Shown here piece by piece: positions 1 to 10,882 of a stretch of DNA of 64,000 nt. The stretch lies in IMG/VR virus record IMGVR_UViG_3300002029_000005; one strand, 5' to 3'. The notes under the pieces are model-generated. The model had not been told where the DNA came from. It ran no database searches and saw nothing but the letters and a program-made list of their open reading frames with translations. Both the position numbers and the translations under genes were made by a program. The stretch comes from a virus. Within the stretch, counting starts at the first letter, position 1. Each line of letters opens with the position of its first letter.

Positions 1-208
1 CAGGTACTAATACCGTGCAATCCCGACTAACTCTGCCGATACTTAATGTATCGACTATTGTTTTATTGGGAGCGTTGCCGGTGCGGAGTCACCTTTCCTA
101 CTTATGCCTTGGGGTTTCCTTGGCCTTTGGCTTTATGGCTTTTGCTGAGCCTCTACTATTGGCACCGTGTGCGTTGTTCGCAGTTATCGCTATTCTTTGC
201 AAGCCTCG

Positions 209-559
209 CTAATCCGCAATAGACCTATCTCTATCCCGTTCCAGAATCATAATCAATCGCTCTATTCGCATTTGATTAGCTCTATCATCCTTGGTGCTTT
301 CAGATAACTTTTCCGTCAACTGCTTTAACCGTTCATTGGTAATATTGAGCGCATTATTTGTCTTGTTCTGCTCTTTAGCGATGGCCGAAATGCGCTGATC
401 TTGAGATTCGTTTTTCTGATCTTGGTTTTCTATCTTCTCGTTTGCATGTATTTGCTGTTGTTGCATCGTGACAAAAAGCACCACCACGGAAACGACAGTC
501 AATATTTGCTTCCACCATTTCTGTACAACATCCATCTCTGATACCTGCTGCATGTTCAT
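209..559 (-). CDS. Small membrane protein (one N-terminal TM segment plus coiled coil), holin/XhlA-like architecture
   Basis: WWKQILTVVSVVVLFVT hydrophobic stretch followed by a heptad-rich tail; function not assignable. Confidence 0.45.
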   Translation of the reverse strand: MNMQQVSEMDVVQKWWKQILTVVSVVVLFVTMQQQQIHANEKIENQDQKNESQDQRISAIAKEQNKTNNALNITNERLKQLTEKLSESTKDDRANQMRIERLIMILERDRDRSIAD

Positions 560-654
560 TTTCTTACGTCCTTACGAGATTGTACTTTTGCTTAGTTCCC
601 GTATTTTACACTCAGTTCATTTGTTTTTAACTTGTATTTTTTTACAGTTAAAGA

Positions 655-1212
655 TCATCTAATGTGCTTATTAGGCGGAGTTGTGATGTGATCTTGAACG
701 TTATCTTCCAACCGAATTACCTTTTCAATCACCTCGTCAATTCTGCGCCGCTTGTTTATTTCGAGATTATCAATTCGCTCATTAATCGGATCTTTTATTT
801 CCAGCGAAATGCGCCTGTTTAACTGATCTTCAAGCGCCTGCAATGCAGCCGTCAACGCGTCGTCAAGCGCCTTTATCGCCGCTGCTTGGCCTTGAAATCT
901 TGCATCCAATGAATCCGAATCTAACGCCCCGGCCACTTGTGCGCTTAGCTTGTTTATAAGCTGCAAGTTGCTAGCGTTCTGCTCTCGTAAATGATTGTCG
1001 GATGATTCCCGAGAACTTATTTCACGATCCATTTGCTCGGAAATAGTATTGACTTGAGCAGATAGGGCGGGCAGGTTGTATAAATCATCAGCTTGATTTC
1101 GCTGTTGTTGCTCGCCACCCTTGAACATCAACCCGACAACACCGCCAACAACTCCAAGCAAGACCGCGCCACCAATGTACATTACTGCGTTATTTTTTTG
1201 TTCGTCTGCCAC
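655..1212 (-). CDS. Membrane-anchored coiled-coil protein
   Basis: N-terminal TM (YIGGAVLLGVVGGVVGLMF) then long helical region; 185 aa. Confidence 0.55.
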   Translation of the reverse strand: MADEQKNNAVMYIGGAVLLGVVGGVVGLMFKGGEQQQRNQADDLYNLPALSAQVNTISEQMDREISSRESSDNHLREQNASNLQLINKLSAQVAGALDSDSLDARFQGQAAAIKALDDALTAALQALEDQLNRRISLEIKDPINERIDNLEINKRRRIDEVIEKVIRLEDNVQDHITTPPNKHIR

Positions 1213-1268
1213 TCTCTTTACCTTGCCGCGCCGTACCTCCCGCGTGCTTATTTATTGATTAACTCTAA

Positions 1269-4200
1269 TTAAATCACCCATGACTCCAGCTCCCATAGAT
1301 TGCCATTCCATGCATGTGCTACTACAGTCCTAAGTCTCCATAGCCTACCTTTGTACGTGAACGAAGTAACCTCAAATGCACCACCCTGTGAAAAATCAAC
1401 ATTGAACCAAGCAAGATTTTTCACAACCGCGTTAAATGTCCTTTCCGATGGCGCCGTCATATTTGCGCTTGTTTGGTGCCAGTATGATAATGCGTCGGTT
1501 AACGTTTCATCCGTACCATCAACAGTTGTAAGCGTAACCTGTCTGTGTGTTGAACCAAACATAAATAGTAAGTTTGGCAGCTCTGCAAAAGTGTGTTCTT
1601 CATTGTCATTGGTGTTTACTCTGGTATATGTGTAATCAGCAAGCGCGGGTGTTTCAGTAAGCGTAATGCTGCAATCAGCACCGTCTGACTGTATAACCAA
1701 CTCACCTTCGGCTGATAGATTTCCATGACAAGAAGCAGCGTGTGCGTCCGCATCCGTAAACTGCCCTGCTTCAACGAACGCTTGACCGCCCGTTGGCTGT
1801 AGTTTTATAAGCCACGAAAGCTCATCATAAACCGTGTATGTCTCCGTACCGCTTGGGGTGTTCACAGTCAACGTTCGTGGCGTGATGATTTCTGTGCCTG
1901 TGGGTATGACAAAACCAAGTGCAGCATCACGCCAGATACGCCAGCCAACCAGCTTTGTTTGATTGTTTCCTGCTGCGACGGTATCCCATGTAACGTTGTT
2001 ATCCAATGTTGCCGGGAATTCAGACGTTACTATTTCATTCGTGTTTGGGTAAACTGCGTGCCTGGTTCTTGTGCCTGCCTCAACACGCGCCCAGACAGTA
2101 GCACGTTCGCTTAGTGTTGCGTACTGGTGTATAGCTTCGATCAAATCACCCTCTTGAAGCTCGATACCCATATCAATTACAGATGAATTCAGAATAGGGT
2201 GAGACACGTCTTTAACTTCGCGTATCTTGAGTAATCCATTAAATCCAGCGGCTTGTGTTTCAGTGATTGTTATCACTGCATCGTCACTGCCTGCGTTAAC
2301 TAACACCGTTCCGTTAACAGGGTCTACAATATCGACCGTTCCCACGTCTATAGTTGGGTTGTTGCTTATCTGTCTATTTGGGTTTAAGTCCAAATTCAAT
2401 ACAGTCGGAATTCCCTCATAAGCCGTTGCTGTCGCCGAACCACCTATGGTTCCTGCGCCACCCGCTAACGTTATCGTTCTTGGTGTCGCAAGCTCAAACC
2501 CTTCCGGCACAACAAATCCATTTTCCGCGTACGCCAATAATCTAGCCGTCCACAATTTTCGGGTTCCATTGTTAATGCCAATAAATTCTACTTCACCGGT
2601 TTCCGCATTAACCACGCTGCCGCGAATATATCCAGCATCATGCCATTGAAAGTAAAAATCCTTGCGTGTGCCGTCAGCATTGCGCGCGTTTGCTGGAGCC
2701 TGCTCTACTTTTGTATGGCTTCCGGCGCTGTCGGATATTTCCAACTCAATCAAATCAACAGTTCTTAAATCAACGCCGAAAACGTGACTTACCCATGTAG
2801 ATCCTGAGCCTACGTCTTGGCCATTGAATTCATGCTTTTTAACGACTTGCAACCCGCTATAAGTAGCGTCTGAGCTTCCGATTTTAGTTACAGTTTCCGC
2901 ATCAATCCTTATGAACTTGTGCCACTTGTAATCATTCGCGGCGATGGTCATTGCGGGCTGATCGATATTTAGAGGCGCTGTGCTAGCGTCGTTTCTTCGT
3001 ATGTAATACGTCGAATGCGTTGGCGGCATATCGAGCGTGCCGTCGCCATAGCTAGCATCTAGCACGTTAAAACTCAGCGTTTCGGTTGCGCCACCATCAG
3101 CCGGTAATGTCTCTGTGTGAATACCCTGGCCGATTCGATTTAGATAACCTGTGACCGCATCGGCTATCGAGTAATCGCCGGTTGTCGCCCCCTCATTAAA
3201 GACGTATTTGGCTTGCTCATCGCTAATGAATATTATTTCGTTATCGGCAAATGTTTCATTGTCCGTATCACCCAATGTATCGAACGTTCTGCTTGTGCTT
3301 GAGGTTGCGCCGATATCGGTAAGCGTCACATGCGCTATACCGCCAACACGCTTAACCATCATGCGTGTTTTTTCAGGCAAGGTGAATTGTCTCTGATTGC
3401 CTGCCGAGTCATCGAACGCTATTGACTGACCCGTAAGATCAATCCAATTGATGTTTGCAGGCGCCATCACAAGCGATAAGTTCTGTGGTGCTTCGCCCGT
3501 CCAGACGTTTAGATACGAATCGTTGTCGTTCGTTAGATCGGCGATAGGGCTAAAAGCACGCAAGCCAGAACCATCAAGATACTGCAACCATTGCGCTATC
3601 GGCTTAACTCGCCCTATCACTTCGAGACTGTTGCTATTCCAGATTGCAGAATCCATCGGGTCTGGCACAGCAACCTCATTCGGTAAATATACCTCATAGC
3701 GCGCACCCGCAACTTCATCAAACGTATTTAGCGGCGCAATCGCGTAGTAGTAGCCCGCAGGAACTGTTTCACCTAATGGCAGCTCATCAATGCCGCCCTT
3801 GTAACGACCGACTACAATCATATTGGGCGCTTCATCATCCCACCATGCCACTGTCATCGGACTTGGCGGTGTTGTGTCTGCCGGTAACTTAACTAAGTAT
3901 TGGACGCCTTCAATCTCATTACTGACCCCCGCTGGCGCTGTAGCAAAATAGGTATTGGCCACGTTCAATGCGCCTAGCTGCAATTCGGTATAGTTGATTT
4001 CGGATATACCTTGCACCCAGCGACCAACTGGCGGATTATTGTCCGGTGTTACGCCTTCGGTTGCAGTGGAATCCCAAAAGTAACGCTCATCACCCACATC
4101 TGAGAAATCACCCTTATTTAAAGCATTAGAGTTAATGGCAGTAAGTGAAGATATGTTGTCGTAGTAACCCATATCACGGCTAGTTTGAACAGAACAATAG

Positions 4201-4943
4201 ACCGTATCAGCGTCATAACTGAGTGTTGCCTGTGCGTTTGGCGGGATACTAAACCCTGTCGAATTAGCGCCTTCTGATGGAGGGAAATTGCCCCGCTTAT
4301 ACTGTAGCGCGCGCGCCCCATCTAAGTTAATAGTCCTGCCAAACTCTCGCGATGTGTTCGTGATGTGCAGCAAATGTCTGTATGGTATTTTTTGCTCTGC
4401 CACATAGTCGCTATAGTTAAATATCGGATCAGTCTGAGCCAAATGCAACATTGATACAGGTGATTGGGCAACTGATCCTATCATTTCGAATCGATTGTCA
4501 AAGTTAGTCGGCAAAGCATTCCATGTATCGAAATCCACAGACACAATAGGCCGGTAGGATTGTAACTTGCCATCAGGATCGCGATATAGAACGGGAATCT
4601 TAGCGCTATATTCCGCCTCGTTGTAAACCAGAGCATCCTTATCAGCATCCGTTACAACCGCTTTAACATCAGGGTCAATCTCGTATCCACTTAAATCTTG
4701 CTTAGCCCTATAGACCCTTCCATCAACTTCGATTTGGTCTTGAGGGCCATCAGGAACCGGGGCATCTGCAATTGTTGGAAACACGCCTATGTTTTCAACT
4801 GATGTAATTCTAGTTAGTACATTAGTAACAACTATTCGCCGCCATGCCTTGACGCCGTTTTTTACACGAACCTCAAGGTTAGTATTATCAGTTGCAACAT
4901 CGCCTTCATCTAAAAGCGCTGGATTGTCGTTTGTGGTTGCCAT
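1269..4943 (-). CDS. Large modular virion protein, putative tail fibre or adhesin
   Basis: 1224 aa, T/D/G/A-rich beta-type composition; internal repeats (GFVVPEGFELATPRTITL / GFVIPTGTEIITPRTLTV; EGVQYLVKLP / AGARYEVYLP). Confidence 0.6.
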   Translation of the reverse strand: MATTNDNPALLDEGDVATDNTNLEVRVKNGVKAWRRIVVTNVLTRITSVENIGVFPTIADAPVPDGPQDQIEVDGRVYRAKQDLSGYEIDPDVKAVVTDADKDALVYNEAEYSAKIPVLYRDPDGKLQSYRPIVSVDFDTWNALPTNFDNRFEMIGSVAQSPVSMLHLAQTDPIFNYSDYVAEQKIPYRHLLHITNTSREFGRTINLDGARALQYKRGNFPPSEGANSTGFSIPPNAQATLSYDADTVYCSVQTSRDMGYYDNISSLTAINSNALNKGDFSDVGDERYFWDSTATEGVTPDNNPPVGRWVQGISEINYTELQLGALNVANTYFATAPAGVSNEIEGVQYLVKLPADTTPPSPMTVAWWDDEAPNMIVVGRYKGGIDELPLGETVPAGYYYAIAPLNTFDEVAGARYEVYLPNEVAVPDPMDSAIWNSNSLEVIGRVKPIAQWLQYLDGSGLRAFSPIADLTNDNDSYLNVWTGEAPQNLSLVMAPANINWIDLTGQSIAFDDSAGNQRQFTLPEKTRMMVKRVGGIAHVTLTDIGATSSTSRTFDTLGDTDNETFADNEIIFISDEQAKYVFNEGATTGDYSIADAVTGYLNRIGQGIHTETLPADGGATETLSFNVLDASYGDGTLDMPPTHSTYYIRRNDASTAPLNIDQPAMTIAANDYKWHKFIRIDAETVTKIGSSDATYSGLQVVKKHEFNGQDVGSGSTWVSHVFGVDLRTVDLIELEISDSAGSHTKVEQAPANARNADGTRKDFYFQWHDAGYIRGSVVNAETGEVEFIGINNGTRKLWTARLLAYAENGFVVPEGFELATPRTITLAGGAGTIGGSATATAYEGIPTVLNLDLNPNRQISNNPTIDVGTVDIVDPVNGTVLVNAGSDDAVITITETQAAGFNGLLKIREVKDVSHPILNSSVIDMGIELQEGDLIEAIHQYATLSERATVWARVEAGTRTRHAVYPNTNEIVTSEFPATLDNNVTWDTVAAGNNQTKLVGWRIWRDAALGFVIPTGTEIITPRTLTVNTPSGTETYTVYDELSWLIKLQPTGGQAFVEAGQFTDADAHAASCHGNLSAEGELVIQSDGADCSITLTETPALADYTYTRVNTNDNEEHTFAELPNLLFMFGSTHRQVTLTTVDGTDETLTDALSYWHQTSANMTAPSERTFNAVVKNLAWFNVDFSQGGAFEVTSFTYKGRLWRLRTVVAHAWNGNLWELESWVI

Positions 4944-4969
4944 GTCCGTACCCTGTTATTTTCTTATAA

Positions 4970-5242
4970 TCAGTCAATATCTACATTCAAATGCAATGAC
5001 AGCGCATCCATTTTTCCGGCTTCCGTCGCCTTGAAAACAATCGTTTCGATCATTACTTGTTTTGCTCCACTGGCAATATCAATGTCAATGGCTTTGCCTG
5101 CATCAGATATTTTCTGGCTAGAAATTTCCAATAATCGACTCATCACCGTATCAACGTCAGGCTGTTGAGGCGGTAACACATCATCAGCAGGAGCGTCTAT
5201 CGTCGGATCTTCTGTTTGGTCGTGAATAGATTCGTTGTCCAT
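4970..5242 (-). CDS. Hypothetical protein
   Basis: 90-aa acidic ORF in co-oriented operon with GGAG RBS. Confidence 0.55.
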   Translation of the reverse strand: MDNESIHDQTEDPTIDAPADDVLPPQQPDVDTVMSRLLEISSQKISDAGKAIDIDIASGAKQVMIETIVFKATEAGKMDALSLHLNVDID

Positions 5243-5254
5243 TTTTATTCTCCC

Positions 5255-7978
5255 CTACGTGACCATTTGAGCGACTGAATCAAACAACGGGCCGCGCTCT
5301 AGCTGCGTTGGAATCTCTGGAAAATACTGCAATGGATCGTTTGGATCGGTTACCCAACCTCTCGGGTATGGGATGGGGTTTAGCATTGGTGTAAATACCT
5401 CCGACCTTCGGAATTGATTCCCTATCAATTGATCAAGATATATTTGATCACTTGGGTTTGCGTCTGGGTTCTCGCTAACCCAGCCAGCAAGATCCGATGT
5501 TGACGGCAAGTCGGCAACCGCGATTCTGTACGACACACCAAGCGGTGCAGCCGACTGTATTAAATTGTTTTTAATTACATTGTTGCGCGGCGGTGACAGT
5601 TCGTTGTTTGTTGCAAACGGACCATTAATTGTAATCAGTCTTGGGACTGTATTAAACGCTGGATTGGCCGGTACTGGCGTGTCAAATCCGAGCATTATGT
5701 TCCACTGAACATCAGCATTTTCAGTGCCTTGATAATAATGCGCTACCTGATTTCTAAATGCTGGATCAGTGCTATCTGGACCGAATTTATCTGTTCTGTG
5801 ATCCTCAACGCTAACATTGATACCGCGAGATTGTATTGATGTTGGCGTGCCGGTATAACCCGACCAATTCCTGTTATCCCAAACATTCCAGCGTGCGAAA
5901 TGATTAGCCCCATGGATGCGAATCGCACATCTTGCACTTGATACATCCTGAACATTGCCCGTAAATATATGTCTGTTGCCGTATCGACCAACTAAGGTTG
6001 ATTCACATTCGTCGATATAATTAGCATGGAACCAAAAATCATCATATTTTGCTGCAACTAGTTCTTCGTTCGCATTGTGTCCTTTAAAATGATTAAAAAA
6101 CACTCTCACTAACCGGCGTTCATTGCCTAGATACGAATCAAGAACCGGATCCCAAGCTGTCGCTGCCCATTCCGACCTTCCTGCATTTGAAGGGCTTGTT
6201 TCATGGCCGTCTGTTTCACACCAAACCATTGACGTACCAACAATGCTCGCTAGATTGCTTGGGTTGAATTGCTGCGATCTATTCTGAACACCTTGCGCTG
6301 TTGGGTCGAATGCGGGCGTACCGGTGTACAGACTGTACTGCAAACGGCAATTGATTAAACCGCCAAAATGGCCCGCATCGTTAGCTCCAGAGCCATCAGC
6401 GTCAGCAACGGTAACCCATCCTCCAACATTCTCTACCAGCATATCTGACATGAAGCAGCCTGGTCGGAAGTACCAATGCTGCCCTCTGTGACCGCCTGAG
6501 CTAGCAATCTTGAATCCCTCGAAACTCAACTGCGGAACCCATGATTTAAGCGACATATTCAGGTAACGCTCATGCCGGTTATTGCAGCGGACAACGATCC
6601 TTTTCTCAGCCGTGCCGCCTAGTTCGGTCCACTCTTTGTAATTATTTGCGTTTCCTGTGTCTCGAATGGTTAGCGTACCTGTGCCCATGTAAACCAACTC
6701 AACACCATTGAATCCAGCGGCATTCGGATCGATATTTCCAAGCGCCGTTTCAAGTTGCGCAACTGTTGAGAATTCGACACGATCAGCGCCGGGACTGACA
6801 AATGTAAAGCCTGACTGTCGGCCAACTGCTGATGTGTCAACAGCCGACATGTCAACTTCAACGCCTAAATACTCATCAAGTGAAGTGCCAGCCGGACTAA
6901 GCAGCCTAGAGCGAATCGATGATCCTATTTCGTGGTCTGTGCCTTCAACCGCAATATCTACTGTCTCGTCAGCAACTACGGTGGGAGGTAGCTGTAAAGA
7001 ATTATTGTTTAGCTGCGAAATATGATATCGGCCAACCTCTTGGCCGTTTTTCGTAACTCTAATATGCTGCGCATTTTCTGGCATAGCCGAGAGATCAACA
7101 GTAAACGTGTCGTCTTCAAGCTCGGTATGCTCTACGGTCTCCGTTGTGAAATTGGCTGGCGCGCCTATAGAGACACCGCCCGTTCCGGGAATGATCTCTG
7201 TTCTAACCTCTGTCGCGATATTGGCCGAATAGACCGGATCCCACTCGAAGCGCTGCAACATGCCGCCAGTCCCAATGACCAACTGAGCGTCGAATATTCC
7301 GTTTATTATGGTATTAGCCAGCGTATGTGAGAACGCAACCGTTATATAAAGCTCATGCGGCATTATTCTAGCTGCCTCGGTATACGCTGCTGTAACTTCC
7401 ATTTCGGTTGGACATGTATTGTCATCGCCCGTCCAGTAACTAACGCGATTAGCCGCATCACGCCTAATCGAGAAATATTTGTTTTCCCATGGAATCGCGG
7501 GTTGTGTCGTGCTTGCTGATCTCGGCGCACCAACAACATCACCTACAGGCGGATTGGGTCTTGGGTGTCTAATGCTAGGGACTGGATCGAATGTCCCGGT
7601 AAAATTCATATTCAAGGCAAACAAAGTACCGAACGCGCTAGCCCCACCGAACGGTGCAAAGGTGGCAAACTGCTGTCTTGTTCCACCCCCGTTATGAATA
7701 AGCGGCCTAGCTTCAGGGGAACACATTCCTATAAGCGCATTGCCCTCATCGCTCATATTCTTTTTAAGGAATGTAAAATTAAAAGGTGTATTGGCCGGAA
7801 TAGGGTCTTTTGAAATTGAACCTGCGTTTAATATTGAATCAGGCGGATCGACATCTTTCCAGATGTTATCGGAATAGGCCAACACACCGCCGCCGCTACC
7901 GCCGCCGCTCGCCTCACCTTTCTCTACTAGCACATTTCCCACTTTATTAAATCTCCCTCGCCCAAACAATGCACTCAA
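5255..7978 (-). CDS. Virion-associated beta-helix polysaccharide lyase, PL6 (alginate lyase / chondroitinase B)-like, with N-terminal modules
   Basis: NEELVAAKYDDFWFHANYIDECESTLVGRYGNRHIFTGN matches the PL6 E-x-I-S-x-K...L-x-x-R-H-G-N pattern with Lys and Arg 21 residues apart. Confidence 0.65.
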   Translation of the reverse strand: MSALFGRGRFNKVGNVLVEKGEASGGGSGGGVLAYSDNIWKDVDPPDSILNAGSISKDPIPANTPFNFTFLKKNMSDEGNALIGMCSPEARPLIHNGGGTRQQFATFAPFGGASAFGTLFALNMNFTGTFDPVPSIRHPRPNPPVGDVVGAPRSASTTQPAIPWENKYFSIRRDAANRVSYWTGDDNTCPTEMEVTAAYTEAARIMPHELYITVAFSHTLANTIINGIFDAQLVIGTGGMLQRFEWDPVYSANIATEVRTEIIPGTGGVSIGAPANFTTETVEHTELEDDTFTVDLSAMPENAQHIRVTKNGQEVGRYHISQLNNNSLQLPPTVVADETVDIAVEGTDHEIGSSIRSRLLSPAGTSLDEYLGVEVDMSAVDTSAVGRQSGFTFVSPGADRVEFSTVAQLETALGNIDPNAAGFNGVELVYMGTGTLTIRDTGNANNYKEWTELGGTAEKRIVVRCNNRHERYLNMSLKSWVPQLSFEGFKIASSGGHRGQHWYFRPGCFMSDMLVENVGGWVTVADADGSGANDAGHFGGLINCRLQYSLYTGTPAFDPTAQGVQNRSQQFNPSNLASIVGTSMVWCETDGHETSPSNAGRSEWAATAWDPVLDSYLGNERRLVRVFFNHFKGHNANEELVAAKYDDFWFHANYIDECESTLVGRYGNRHIFTGNVQDVSSARCAIRIHGANHFARWNVWDNRNWSGYTGTPTSIQSRGINVSVEDHRTDKFGPDSTDPAFRNQVAHYYQGTENADVQWNIMLGFDTPVPANPAFNTVPRLITINGPFATNNELSPPRNNVIKNNLIQSAAPLGVSYRIAVADLPSTSDLAGWVSENPDANPSDQIYLDQLIGNQFRRSEVFTPMLNPIPYPRGWVTDPNDPLQYFPEIPTQLERGPLFDSVAQMVT

Positions 7979-8324
7979 ACGATTCCAGATCTGCCGACGA
8001 ATTTAACCGTTCTATTTCAACCGAATCGCCAACCGATAGACTATTTGAACCGTCAATTACGATAAGCTGACCGACCGTAGTAACGTTAATATCAGTTACT
8101 CCGCCACTGGTCACGTTAGTTCCATTGATTCGCAAACGTATAGTGCATGTTCCTACAAGCGACTTGACGTATATCTGGTATATCTCGCCATCGAAACCAA
8201 CATAAGAACGCAGTCTCAAAACTCTATCGCCGACAATTTCGCCTTCCGCAGAAACCAGCGTCCAATCAGACAACTTAATCAAATCTGATTCGATGGATTC
8301 TATTCTCTCGTCGATTGTTTTCAT
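7947..8324 (-). CDS. Hypothetical virion protein (beta-rich)
   Basis: 125 aa in tail-accessory operon, coupled to the upstream ORF. Confidence 0.55.
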   Translation of the reverse strand: MKTIDERIESIESDLIKLSDWTLVSAEGEIVGDRVLRLRSYVGFDGEIYQIYVKSLVGTCTIRLRINGTNVTSGGVTDINVTTVGQLIVIDGSNSLSVGDSVEIERLNSSADLESFECIVWAREI

Positions 8325-9174
8325 TATGTTGCGCTCGCTGTGCCGGAATAAGTGACTGTCGCCCCTTTTGCAGTCAAGCTTTGCAGCAATATCTCTTCTG
8401 GTGTGCCACTGTTTACACGTGCCGTTACCGTAACGCCATCACTCAACCTCTGACTGTGCATTTCGATAACAAAGCCAGTCAAATCCGCCATCGAGTCATA
8501 GTGCTCCATAACACCCCTAACCTGATCTATGTCAAGCCTGTTTCCATTGATTCTTAACGTAGGTGGGTACTGCCCGTTTAAATCTATTTCAGTCAGTCTG
8601 GCGCTGCCTGCTGATATCAATGAAAGCGAACTGTTCGGCAACCTGAGTGAGTCAACCATAGTGGTGAATAAGCGCAAGGTTTGAAGCGACGTGCACCCGT
8701 CTATCGAAAGATCAGCAAGCATCGTGTTGCTATGAACGTTGATTGTTGTTGCGTTAGACCATCCGTCTAAATATATTTTCTTGATATCATTGTTGTTGAT
8801 GGCTAATGTGGTTGCGTTCTCCATCACTGGAATATCTATCTCTGTGATACCAGCCGCACTCAAATCAATCTCTGTTGTTGAGTCGCTATAAGCATCAAGC
8901 GTTATTGTTTTCTCTGTTCCGTCGCCAACCAAATCATAGGTATCTATCAGGGATTCATCGGCCTCGCCTGATTGCCATATAGGGGTATTACCTTGACCTG
9001 TTGAAACAGATGATAGTGTTTTTGTGCCATTTAGACTTGATGTTATAGATATTTTTCGCCTCGACTGGCTTGCATCAGAAGCCCTGCCGATACGCCTCCC
9101 AGACGCGGTTATACCTTGTATCGCAGTCCGTCGATAGTAGAACTATCACCTACTGCCAGCGTGTCTAAAGTCAT
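8324..9174 (-). CDS. Leucine-rich-repeat protein, probably frameshifted near its N-terminus
   Basis: LRR-like repeats (TTLAINNNDIKKIYLDG, LADLSIDGCTSLQTLRL); frame is open to 9142 but the coupled ATG at 9174 is in another frame and stops at 9109. Confidence 0.55.
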
Positions 9175-10055
9175 AACAATCCAATGGCCTCATCTGCGGT
9201 TAGCGTGCCCTGATGCGCTCGCATTAAATATGCGCTCATATCATTACTAAAAACGTGATTGTCATTAACGACCTCCAGCCAATTATTATCAGCATCAAGC
9301 CGGAATAAATACGATCCCGTATCTTCGATAAGCACATAGAGTTCTGCGGTACTGGTATCCATTCCGGCAATATCTCCCATATCTACGCCAGACGATTCAA
9401 CCCAAGCACCAGAACCGGAAAGCACCTTTGACATGTCGGCTATCGACGCGGGAGGTACAAGCCCTCGAACACCCGCATCTGTCGTAGTTGCACCCTGATA
9501 TAAGGGAATCAAGCTAACCGCATCCTGATAGGTTGCCCCGCCAGTTAGTACAAATGATTGCTGACCAGCCTGCGGAGCTGGAACTATTCCAGACGAACCC
9601 GCCGCAAGAGCCGTCGCCGCAACCATGACTGCGACATCACCTATTTCAATACTTAAACCCCATGCCGCACCGTCATACATCCAAATCCCTTTTTTATTCG
9701 CCCCATCATCGGCAGACAATATTGCGAAATCGCCGTTAGCAATTGGATTGCCTTCGTTATCCGTTGTTGAAAATCCTGCGACTGTTTCAGATGTGCCCAC
9801 ATAAGTGCCTGTTAACGATTCGAGCGATGTTATTTTCGTTTGAAGTTCAGCAAACCCGCTCTGAACATCACCAGATGTAACATTGGCAATTGGCAGCAAC
9901 GGAATATTAGATGCCGGAATACCAGCCAGCCCGCTTATTGCAGCTAGACGCGTTTCTCCAGAAACCGAATCCAGTATGGGAATGCTGTCATCGGCCACTG
10001 TTGCCGCTTTGGCGGTATATATTCCCGACTCTAAAACCTGCATATGTGTAGGCAT
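9171..10055 (-). CDS. Tail fibre-like protein
   Basis: Repeated GIVPAP / GLVPPA...VLxGxG motifs typical of phage fibre shafts. Confidence 0.55.
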   Translation of the reverse strand: MPTHMQVLESGIYTAKAATVADDSIPILDSVSGETRLAAISGLAGIPASNIPLLPIANVTSGDVQSGFAELQTKITSLESLTGTYVGTSETVAGFSTTDNEGNPIANGDFAILSADDGANKKGIWMYDGAAWGLSIEIGDVAVMVAATALAAGSSGIVPAPQAGQQSFVLTGGATYQDAVSLIPLYQGATTTDAGVRGLVPPASIADMSKVLSGSGAWVESSGVDMGDIAGMDTSTAELYVLIEDTGSYLFRLDADNNWLEVVNDNHVFSNDMSAYLMRAHQGTLTADEAIGLL

Positions 10056-10265
10056 TTAATCACTCTTCACTTTGTTTATGACTGACTCGATAACAGAAAC
10101 GATATTCTCATAAGCTTTCGCGGTCGCATTATCTATTAACGCCATGTCTCGATTTTTTGCATCAGATGGATTTTGCGCATAGATAATTGCTGCTTTGTAT
10201 GCACTGGCGTGATTTTCTTGTGCAACCTCACCAAACCTTTTAGATAGCGTTTCTAAATCATTCAT
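10056..10265 (-). CDS. Hypothetical protein
   Basis: 69 aa, overlaps the upstream gene stop (ATGA). Confidence 0.5.
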   Translation of the reverse strand: MNDLETLSKRFGEVAQENHASAYKAAIIYAQNPSDAKNRDMALIDNATAKAYENIVSVIESVINKVKSD

Positions 10266-10879
10266 ACAGGATCGGTGTTTAGCGAACCGTCATCGGTAAC
10301 CGTTGTTTTATATTTCGTTCCGTTTGGCGATACATTGATGGTTCCCGCCGACGCTGTCGCGTACTCAATGTCAAGCGATGTTGTTCTACCCCTGCCTAGA
10401 ACAGACGCAAGCGTATCCGCCTCTACAACTCCGCCACCACCTCCAGCCGCGTCATTTTCAAAGTCACCCTCAACAAGACCACCACCAGAATTTATTTCGT
10501 AGGATGTTAGCTCGCCATTAAATTCGTGGAATAAGCGCGTTCCATCGCCAGCCCCTGGCGCTGATGCCGGACGAAAAACCGTTGTGTCGGCAAGATCATT
10601 AGCCCCTCTGTATATCCGTGGGTTTGCACTAGGCTCAAGAACCGTTAAATCGCCAGACGATTCCTGCAAGACCGTAAGCGTAATAACTTGGCCTAATGGA
10701 GACGTGTACACCAATTCATCACCAGCGTTAACGGTTGTTTGCGCCGCCAACCAAGTCATTATGTCTGCTTTGTTTGGTGTTTCTGTGTAGGGCAATACTG
10801 GCGCGGTAAAATCCGCAGCACTGAGCGCTATCGGCAGAAAGCTTGCATTGGTTTGTGCTGGAAAAGCTGCGAATGCCAT
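10262..10879 (-). CDS. Minor virion or fibre-associated protein
   Basis: C-terminal TLASVLGRG and SPNGTKYKTTVTDDGSL motifs seen in phage fibre modules. Confidence 0.5.
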   Translation of the reverse strand: MAFAAFPAQTNASFLPIALSAADFTAPVLPYTETPNKADIMTWLAAQTTVNAGDELVYTSPLGQVITLTVLQESSGDLTVLEPSANPRIYRGANDLADTTVFRPASAPGAGDGTRLFHEFNGELTSYEINSGGGLVEGDFENDAAGGGGGVVEADTLASVLGRGRTTSLDIEYATASAGTINVSPNGTKYKTTVTDDGSLNTDPV

Positions 10880-10882
10880 TAG

